A DNA stretch of 32,000 bases from positions 1 through 32,000 of the forward strand of contig DXMC01000002.1 of NCBI GenBank assembly GCA_019414365.1. The letters run 5' to 3'. Below, piece by piece: positions 18,264 through 25,121 of the stretch. Each line of letters opens with the position of its first letter. The stretch's first letter is position 1. This DNA comes from Collinsella sp. GTDB lineage: Bacteria; Actinomycetota; Coriobacteriia; Coriobacteriales; Coriobacteriaceae. The notes beneath the pieces were generated by a model. The model was given only the letters and a program-made list of their open reading frames with translations. It did no database searches and had not been told where the DNA came from. The position numbers and the translations under genes were made by a program.

Positions 18264-18890
18264 ATGGCAAAGTTTGAAGTAAAGAACAGCGAGGGCAAGA
18301 AGGTCGCCGAGGCCGAGCTCGCCGCTGAGGTGTACGGCATCGAGCCGAACATCCACGTTATGCACCACATCGTCAAGTGCCAGATGGCCTCTTGGCGTCA
18401 GGGCACCCAGTCTGCTAAGGGTCGCTCTGAGGTTTCCGGTGGCGGCAAGAAGCCTTGGCGTCAGAAGGGCACCGGCCGTGCCCGCCAGGGTTCCATCCGT
18501 GCTGCCCAGTGGCGTCACGGTGGCGTCGTCTTCGCCCCCAAGCCCCGTTCTTACGCTAAGCGTATGAACAACAAGGAGGTCAAGCTGGCTATGCGCTCCG
18601 CGCTGTCCGCCAAGCTGGCCGATGGCGAGCTCGTGCTCGTCGACGACTACGGCTTCGAGAAGCCTTCCACCAAGGCTGCCGTCGCCATGCTCAAGGCTCT
18701 CGGCCTTGAGGGCAAGCGTCTGACCATCATCGTTCGCGATGAGGACGTTAACGCCTACCTGTCGTTCCGCAACATTCCCAAGACGTTCATCATCACTGCC
18801 GACGAGGCCAACACCTACGATCTCGTCAACAACAACGCTGTGCTGATGCCCGCCGACATCGCCGCTCACTTCGGGGAGGTGCTTGCATAA
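18264..18890 (+). CDS. rplD: 50S ribosomal protein L4
   Basis: QGTQSAKGRSEVSGGGKKPWRQKGTGRARQGSIRAAQWRHGGVVFAPKPR. Confidence 0.97.
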   Translation: MAKFEVKNSEGKKVAEAELAAEVYGIEPNIHVMHHIVKCQMASWRQGTQSAKGRSEVSGGGKKPWRQKGTGRARQGSIRAAQWRHGGVVFAPKPRSYAKRMNNKEVKLAMRSALSAKLADGELVLVDDYGFEKPSTKAAVAMLKALGLEGKRLTIIVRDEDVNAYLSFRNIPKTFIITADEANTYDLVNNNAVLMPADIAAHFGEVLA

Positions 18891-19178
18891 ATGACCGCCC
18901 ACGAGATCATCATCCGTCCGATCGTGTCCGAGCGTTCCTTCTCCGGCATGGAGCTGAACAAGTACACGTTCGAGGTCGCCAAGGATGCTAACAAGTATCA
19001 GATCAAGGACGCTGTCGAGGAGATCTTCGGCGTCAAGGTCGTTCGCGTGAACACCCTGACGGTCAAGCCCAAGACCAAGCGCGTGCGCTATGTCGCCGGC
19101 AAGACCCGTTCTTGGAAGAAGGCCATCGTCACGCTGGCCGAGGGTGACACCATCGAGGTCTTTGGCAACCAGGCCTAA
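18891..19178 (+). CDS. rplW: 50S ribosomal protein L23
   Basis: EIIIRPIVSERSFSGMELNKYTFEVAKDANKYQIKDAVEEIFGVKV. Confidence 0.97.
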   Translation: MTAHEIIIRPIVSERSFSGMELNKYTFEVAKDANKYQIKDAVEEIFGVKVVRVNTLTVKPKTKRVRYVAGKTRSWKKAIVTLAEGDTIEVFGNQA

Positions 19179-19196
19179 GACTCGCTGCTGTTGAGT

Positions 19197-19232
19197 GAGC
19201 TCATGCCTCCCAAATGGGGGAGGCGAGAGCTC
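19197..19232. promoter_or_regulatory. Hairpin in the rplW-rplB intergenic region (possible attenuator or regulatory stem)
   Basis: GAGCTC...GCCTCCC-AAATGG-GGGAGGC...GAGCTC, then AAGGTTTT. Confidence 0.5.
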
Positions 19233-19251
19233 AAGGTTTTGGGCGTATAAA

Positions 19252-19277
19252 ATGGACACGCCCGGAACCGTGTATAC
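19252..19277 (+). promoter_or_regulatory. Second copy of the 26-nt motif, upstream of rplB
   Basis: ATGGACACGCCCGGAACCGTGTATAC, 3 mismatches to 17387-17412. Confidence 0.65.
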
Positions 19278-19357
19278 GTCCGGTGTCATCGCACCCGAGG
19301 CAGAACCTCGAATCCCTGTCTGCGATGGCTAACGGATTCCTATTGAAAGGGATTGTA

Positions 19358-20188
19358 ATGGCTGTAAAGCACCTTAAGCCGACCTCCGCTGGTAGGCGTT
19401 GGCAGACGATCTCCGACTTCTCCGAGATCACCTGCACCAAGCCCGAGAAGTCTCTTCTCGAGCCCCTGCCCAAGAAGGCCGGTCGTAACAACAACGGCCG
19501 CATCACCACCCGCCACCAGGGCGGCGGCGTGAAGCGTCGTTACCGCGTGATCGACTTCAAGCGCAACAAGGACGGCGTGCCCGCCAAGGTTGCCACGATC
19601 GAGTACGATCCGAACCGTTCCGCTCGCATCGCTCTGCTGCACTACGCTGACGGTGAGAAGCGCTACATCCTGGCCCCCAAGGGCCTCGAGGTCGGTCAGA
19701 CCATCATGTCCGGTTCTGACGCCGACATCAAGCCGGGCAACGCTCTGCCCCTCGCCGACATCCCCGTCGGTACGCTCATCCACGCCGTCGAGTTCCAGCC
19801 GGGCAAGGGCGCCGCTATCGCCCGTTCCGCCGGTAACTCCTGCCAGCTGATGGGTAAGGAGGGCAAGTACGCTATCGTCCGTATGCCTTCCTCCGAGATG
19901 CGCCGCATCCTCGTTACCTGCCGCGCCACCGTCGGTGAGGTCGGCAACGCCGATCACGCCAACATCGTCATCGGCAAGGCCGGCCGCAAGCGTCACATGA
20001 ACGTGCGCCCGACCGTCCGCGGTACCGTCATGAACCCTGTCGACCACCCGCACGGCGGTGGCGAGGGCAAGAACCACACCTCTGGTCGTCCCTCCGTTAC
20101 CCCCTGGGGTAAGCCGACGAAGGGCCTTCGTACGCGCAAGAAGAAGAAGGTCTCGAACCAGCACATCATTCGTCGCCGTAAGAAGTAA
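19358..20188 (+). CDS. rplB: 50S ribosomal protein L2
   Basis: [21 protein letters not shown]...[31 protein letters not shown]; start moved from 19214 to ATG 19358 preceded by AAAGGGA. Confidence 0.97.
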   Translation: MAVKHLKPTSAGRRWQTISDFSEITCTKPEKSLLEPLPKKAGRNNNGRITTRHQGGGVKRRYRVIDFKRNKDGVPAKVATIEYDPNRSARIALLHYADGEKRYILAPKGLEVGQTIMSGSDADIKPGNALPLADIPVGTLIHAVEFQPGKGAAIARSAGNSCQLMGKEGKYAIVRMPSSEMRRILVTCRATVGEVGNADHANIVIGKAGRKRHMNVRPTVRGTVMNPVDHPHGGGEGKNHTSGRPSVTPWGKPTKGLRTRKKKKVSNQHIIRRRKK

Positions 20189-20220
20189 TTTCGGATACCG
20201 AGTTTTAGGAGAAAGCACTT

Positions 20221-20481
20221 ATGAGCAGAAGTCTCAAAAAGGGCCCGTTCGTGGAGACTCGCCTTCTCTCGCGTATCACCGCGATGAACGAGGCTGGCAA
20301 GAAGGACGTCGTGAAGACCTGGTCCCGCGCGTCCACTATCTTCCCCGAGATGGTTGGTCACACCATCGCCGTCCACGACGGCCGCAAGCATGTGCCCGTG
20401 TATGTTACCGAGTCCATGGTTGGTCACAAGCTCGGCGAGTTCGCGCCGACTCGTACGTTCCGTGGCCACAAGGCCAAATAG
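20221..20481 (+). CDS. rpsS: 30S ribosomal protein S19
   Basis: [19 protein letters not shown]... Confidence 0.98.
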   Translation: MSRSLKKGPFVETRLLSRITAMNEAGKKDVVKTWSRASTIFPEMVGHTIAVHDGRKHVPVYVTESMVGHKLGEFAPTRTFRGHKAK

Positions 20482-20495
20482 GGGGTTAACCGTAA

Positions 20496-20867
20496 ATGGC
20501 AACTAAGTCTATTGAAACTGAGGCCACCGAGGTTCGCGCCGTCGCTAAGTACGTGCGTGTTTCCCCCAGCAAGGCCCGCCTGGTGGTCGATCTGATCCGC
20601 CGCAAGCCTGTCGCTCAGGCCTTCGACATCCTCCACTTCTGCGACCGCGCCGTCGCCGTGGATGTCGAGAAGGTTCTCCGTTCCGCCGTTGCGAACGCCG
20701 AGAACAACAACGGTCTGCGTGCCGACAACCTGGTTGTCGCCGCTGCCTATGTTGACGAGGGTCCGACGCTTAAGCGCATCCGTCCCCGCGCCAAGGGTTC
20801 CGCTTCTCGCATTCTGAAGCGTACTTCCCACATCACCGTCGTCGTTGCTCCTCGAAAGGAGGCGTAA
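20496..20867 (+). CDS. rplV: 50S ribosomal protein L22
   Basis: [28 protein letters not shown]..., [29 protein letters not shown]. Confidence 0.97.
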   Translation: MATKSIETEATEVRAVAKYVRVSPSKARLVVDLIRRKPVAQAFDILHFCDRAVAVDVEKVLRSAVANAENNNGLRADNLVVAAAYVDEGPTLKRIRPRAKGSASRILKRTSHITVVVAPRKEA

Positions 20868-20873
20868 AGCTGT

Positions 20874-21584
20874 ATGGGTCAGAAAGTCTACCCCACCGGC
20901 TTCCGTCTTGGCATCACCGAGAACTGGCGCTCCCGCTGGTTCGCAGAGAAGGATTACGCTAAGACCCTCGGTAACGATCTCGAGATCCGCAAGTACCTCG
21001 AGAAGCGTCTTTCCCGCGCAGCTGTCTCCCGCGTCGAGATCGAGCGCGCAGGCGACAAGGTGAAGGTCATCATCCTCACCGCTCGCCCCGGCGTTGTCAT
21101 CGGTAAGAAGGGTGCCGAGATCGATACCCTCCGCACCGAGCTCGAGAAGGTCGCTGGCGTCTCCAAGGGCCAGCTCTCCGTCGACGTTGTCGAGATCAAG
21201 CGCCCCGAGCTCGACGCCAACCTCGTTGCTCAGTCCATCGCTGAGCAGCTCGAGGGCCGCGTTGCCTTCCGTCGCGCTATGCGCAAGGCTGTCCAGTCCG
21301 CCCGCAAGGCCGGCGCCAAGGGCATCCGTATCCAGTGCTCCGGTCGTCTCGGCGGTGCCGAGATGGGCCGTCGTGAGTGGTACCGTGAGGGTCGCGTGCC
21401 TCTGCACACCCTCCGTGCCAAGATCGACTACGGCACGGCTGTCGCCAGCACCACCATGGGTGCCTGCGGCGTGAAGGTCTGGATCTACCTGGGCGAGAAG
21501 CTCCCGGGCCAGCCTGTTCCCAACCCTGCACTCGAGGGCTCTTCCCGTCCTCGTCGTCGTAACTCCGAGAGGAGGGGTCAGTAG
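20874..21584 (+). CDS. rpsC: 30S ribosomal protein S3
   Basis: [28 protein letters not shown]... Confidence 0.98.
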   Translation: MGQKVYPTGFRLGITENWRSRWFAEKDYAKTLGNDLEIRKYLEKRLSRAAVSRVEIERAGDKVKVIILTARPGVVIGKKGAEIDTLRTELEKVAGVSKGQLSVDVVEIKRPELDANLVAQSIAEQLEGRVAFRRAMRKAVQSARKAGAKGIRIQCSGRLGGAEMGRREWYREGRVPLHTLRAKIDYGTAVASTTMGACGVKVWIYLGEKLPGQPVPNPALEGSSRPRRRNSERRGQ

Positions 21585-22087
21585 TGCTTGCCCCTAAGCG
21601 TATTCTTCACCGCAAGGTGCAGCGTGGCTCCATGAAGGGCCAGGCCAAGGGTAATACCGAGCTGCATTTCGGCGAGTTTGGTATCCAGGCTCTCGAGGCC
21701 CATTGGATCACCAACCGTCAGATCGAGGCTGCTCGTATTGCCATGACCCGCTACATGAAGCGTGGCGGTCGTGTCTACATCACGATCTTCCCCGATAAGC
21801 CCATCACCAAGAAGCCTGCCGAGACTCGCATGGGTTCTGGTAAGGGTAACCCCGAGGAGTGGGTGGCCGTCGTCAAGCCCGGCCGTATCATGTTCGAGGT
21901 CAAGGGTGTTCCCGAGGAGGTCGCTCGCGAGGCTCTGCGTCTTGCACAGCACAAGCTTCCCATCAAGACCAAGATTGTTGCTGCCAAGAACGCTGAGCAG
22001 CGCATCGAGAAGGAGATGGCTGAGGAGGCCGCTCTCGAGGCCAAGTGGGCTGCTGAGGACGCCGCCGCCGCCAAGGAGGAGAACTAA
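21584..22087 (+). CDS. rplP: 50S ribosomal protein L16 with Ala/Glu-rich C-terminal tail
   Basis: [38 protein letters not shown]..., 167 aa, GTG start. Confidence 0.96.
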   Translation: MLAPKRILHRKVQRGSMKGQAKGNTELHFGEFGIQALEAHWITNRQIEAARIAMTRYMKRGGRVYITIFPDKPITKKPAETRMGSGKGNPEEWVAVVKPGRIMFEVKGVPEEVAREALRLAQHKLPIKTKIVAAKNAEQRIEKEMAEEAALEAKWAAEDAAAAKEEN

Positions 22088-22302
22088 TGAAGCCCGCAGA
22101 GATTCGTGAGCTCTCGGACGCTCAGCTCGTTGAGAAGCTGAAGGAAATGCGCGCCGAGCTCTTTAACCTTCGTTTCCAGATGGCTACCAGCCAGCTGGAC
22201 AACACCGCTCGCGTCAACACCGTGAAGAAGGACATCGCTCGCGTCCTCACGGAGCAGCGCGCCCGCGAGATCGCAGCGGAGAAGTCCGCTGTCGCCGAGT
22301 AG
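22087..22302 (+). CDS. rpmC: 50S ribosomal protein L29
   Basis: EIRELSDAQLVEKLKEMRAELFNLRFQMATSQLDNTARVNTVKKDIARVLT. Confidence 0.97.
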   Translation: MKPAEIRELSDAQLVEKLKEMRAELFNLRFQMATSQLDNTARVNTVKKDIARVLTEQRAREIAAEKSAVAE

Positions 22303-22318
22303 GACCTAAGGAGAGAAC

Positions 22319-22579
22319 ATGACTGATTCGCGTAACTCGCGTAAGGTCCGTACGGGTGTCGTTACCTCCGTCTCCGGTGCCAAGACCATTGTTGTCACCA
22401 TCACCGAGCGTAAGCGTCACCCCAAGTACGGCAAGATGATGACCAGCTCCAAGAAGCTGCACGCTCACGACGAGGAGTGCACGGCTGGCGTGGGCGACAC
22501 CGTCCGCGTTATGGAGACCCGTCCTATGTCCAAGATGAAGCGTTGGCGCCTCATCGAGGTCGTCGAGCGCGCTAAATAA
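22319..22579 (+). CDS. rpsQ: 30S ribosomal protein S17
   Basis: RKVRTGVVTSVSGAKTIVVTITERKRHPKYGKMM... Confidence 0.96.
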   Translation: MTDSRNSRKVRTGVVTSVSGAKTIVVTITERKRHPKYGKMMTSSKKLHAHDEECTAGVGDTVRVMETRPMSKMKRWRLIEVVERAK

Positions 22580-22697
22580 GCAGTCGCTCTTACGACTTGT
22601 ACGTTTCCGAAGATGTGCGTATGCCTGGCTTGCATACCACGGGCCGCATAAAGGCTGCGCACCTCTCTTCGGTTCTTAGTTCGGAGGAACATCTACC

Positions 22698-23066
22698 ATG
22701 ATTCAGATGCAAACCATGCTGAACGTCGCCGACAACTCCGGCGCTCGCAAGATTCGCTGCATCAAGGTGCTTGGCGGTTCCAAGCGTCGTTATGCAGGCA
22801 TCGGCGATGTGTTCATCGGTGCTGTCCAGGAGGCTACCCCTGGCGCCAATGTCAAGAAGAAGGACGTTGTCCGTTGCGTCGTCGTTCGCACCGTTAAGGA
22901 GATCCGCCGCAAGGATGGCTCCTACATTCGCTTTGATGAGAACGCCTGCGTTGTCATCAACAACGATGGTTCGCCCGTCGGCACCCGTATCTTCGGGCCC
23001 GTCGCTCGCGAGCTTCGTGACAAGAAGTACATGAAGATCGTCTCGCTCGCTCCCGAGACCCTGTAG
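22698..23066 (+). CDS. rplN: 50S ribosomal protein L14
   Basis: [37 protein letters not shown]... Confidence 0.98.
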   Translation: MIQMQTMLNVADNSGARKIRCIKVLGGSKRRYAGIGDVFIGAVQEATPGANVKKKDVVRCVVVRTVKEIRRKDGSYIRFDENACVVINNDGSPVGTRIFGPVARELRDKKYMKIVSLAPETL

Positions 23067-23079
23067 TTAGGGGAGATAT

Positions 23080-23385
23080 ATGTATATCAAGAAGGGCGAT
23101 AAGGTCCAGGTTCTCTCTGGTAAGGATCGCGGCAAGCAGGGCGTTGTCCTGCGTGCTCTCCCTGCCGAGAACAAGGTCGTTGTCGAGGGCGTTTCGGTCG
23201 TCAAGAAGGCCGTTAAGCCCAACGCTGCCAACCAGCAGGGCGGCATCGTTTCGCAGGAGGCTCCCATCGACGCCTCCAACGTCAATCTCGTTTGCCCCGA
23301 GTGCGGTAAGGTTACCCGCGTCGGTCACGAGAAGGACGGCAAGAACAAGCTGCGCGTCTGCAAGAAGTGCGGCCACAAGTTCTAA
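23080..23385 (+). CDS. rplX: 50S ribosomal protein L24 with a CPEC...CKKC zinc-ribbon-like C-terminus
   Basis: [26 protein letters not shown]...[35 protein letters not shown]. Confidence 0.95.
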   Translation: MYIKKGDKVQVLSGKDRGKQGVVLRALPAENKVVVEGVSVVKKAVKPNAANQQGGIVSQEAPIDASNVNLVCPECGKVTRVGHEKDGKNKLRVCKKCGHKF

Positions 23386-23411
23386 GCTGCCCGCAACATC
23401 AAGTTGCTAGC

Positions 23412-23445
23412 AAAGGCCCGGATGCCACGGCACCCGGGCCTTTTT
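23412..23445 (+). terminator. Rho-independent terminator after rplX
   Basis: AAAGGCCCGG-ATGCCACGGCAC-CCGGGCCTTTTT. Confidence 0.88.
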
Positions 23446-24152
23446 CTATCCCCACTCGATGGCTTCGGTTCTGCCGTCCCGTCATTCCGGTTGCATCCAG
23501 TTTTCGGTGCCGTCTCGAATCGAGTGCCGCCAGGTGATACCCTGTCGCGTTTCGTCGGCTTCGGGGACAAAAGTCGGGACAACTCCAAAAACTATTTTCG
23601 AACTCAGGGCTTTGAGTTTTTGTTTTTGTCCCAAAGGGCGCGGCGGGATGCCTTTGGAGGCTCGATAGCGCCGAAAACGCCCGTTTTGAAACTTAAATGC
23701 CTTTTCGCGTGCAAGCCGCCAGCTGCAATAGGAAGTGAATCAACGCAGGTGGCTTTCAAGCAGTTTGCAAAACTGCAGGTCGCAGGTCTTCATTGCCAGT
23801 AGGAGAAATGAGTAGTCTCAGGTGGCTTGCCCATGAGTTGACGAACGGGATTTGAGATTACGCTGACGTCCGGAAACGCTTCGAGCACGGCGTTACGTTT
23901 TTGGGGTTTGGGCGTAGCCCCTGCACCCGCGAGCGCGGGCCTTAAGCCCGCCGAGAGGGTGACGCGTCGAAAACGAAGGGGAAAGAGAGAAGGGGCCGTC
24001 CCTATCATTCAGGTTGCGACCGAAGAAGACAAGGAGACCCCCTGAGCCTGAATGATGCCCCACAGACCGCGTCCGACCGAGCTCAAGCCGAGCTTTTCCT
24101 GACGTCCGCCTTCGCGAAGATGATGGCTGGATTGGCTATGGATTGGCAACAC

Positions 24153-24615
24153 TTATTTGGACGATTCCGGGAGGGACGGCCCCGCCTCCCTGAACTCGAC
24201 CGGCGACATGTAGCCCAGCGTCGAGTGGATCCTGAAGTTGTTGTACCAGTGCACGTAATCCAAGAGCTTGGCTCGGAGCTCGCGCGTCCCTCCTCGGTCC
24301 TTCGGAGTGGCCGACGATCTCCCCGTTGCAGAGGTCGACGAGCAGGCAGACGTAGTTCCACGACGCCCCGACGTGCACGCAGGCCAAGTCGCTGCATATA
24401 TGGGTGCACGGCGCCCTGCCGCCGAAGCCGCGCGCGACGACGTTCGACACGTCGGCCTCGTTGACCGCCCCGGGGTGCACCTTGAACCTCTTCCTGCCGT
24501 ATGCGCCGGCCAGGCCGTTCTCCCTCAAGATGCGGCAGACGCGGCGCCGGCTGACGGTAACGCCCGACCTCCCGGGCGACGCCTTGATCTTGCGCGATCC
24601 GTTCCGGCCCTTGCT
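24153..24615 (-). pseudogene. IS3-family (IS150-like) transposase OrfB remnant: N-terminally truncated and internally deleted
   Basis: Minus strand encodes GSRKIKASPGRSGVTVSRRRVCRILRENGLAG...HICSDLACVHVGASWNYVCLLVDLCNGEIVGHS, then a frame/segment jump to RELRAKLLDYVHWYNNFRIHSTLGYMSPVEFREAGPSLPESSK* ending at 24153. Confidence 0.88.
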
Positions 24616-24928
24616 GGCGGCGTGCGCCGCCGCGGCCGCCGTCGCCCCCGACATTAAGGTCCTCAAGGGCCGCGTCGTCTCCGGCGACCAGTTCGTCTCG
24701 CCCGCGGAACAGAAGGAGCGAATCCTCGCGGCCTTCGGCGACCTGTGCTGCGAGATGGAGGGCTGCACCATCGCGCAGGCCTCCTATCTCAACGGCGTGC
24801 CCCTCGTCGTCGTGCGCGCCATCAGCGACAAGCCCTGCGCCGAGGGCCGGGTCGTCGACTACAACACCTTCGAGAAGAAGGCCGCCTGCGACTGCGCCCG
24901 CATCGCCGCGCGCATGGTTAAGCTTTAG
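24613..24928 (+). pseudogene. 3' fragment of a 5'-methylthioadenosine/S-adenosylhomocysteine nucleosidase gene
   Basis: VLKGRVVSGDQFVSPAEQKERILAAFGDLCCEMEGCTIAQASYLNGVPLVVVRAISDKPC...NTFEKKAA; the N-terminal half is missing and replaced by reverse-oriented IS sequence. Confidence 0.82.
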
Positions 24929-25121
24929 GCCCGGCGCGCCGGAGCCCTTTCCAAAGCGAAGTGTCGAGCCGAAGTGTTGAGCGTCGGCCCTGAATGTTCA
25001 ATGGCCGTTGTTTTCTGCCCCTCAAGTGGTGGACTTTTCCTCGGAGCTGTTGATTCCCCCACGCGCCCCCTTCCGTTCTCTGTTCTCCCCTTATACTCCT
25101 TGTACGAGGAGGTAAGAAGTC

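Noticed and set aside
20424-21407. 327-aa ORF on the minus strand
   Set aside because: Antisense of rplV and rpsC.
23404-23802. 132-aa ORF after rplX
   Set aside because: Begins inside the terminator, no recognisable domain and atypical composition; probably non-coding.
24120-24464. 114-aa plus-strand ORF
   Set aside because: Antisense to the IS3 transposase remnant, whose conserved C-terminus is clearly on the minus strand.
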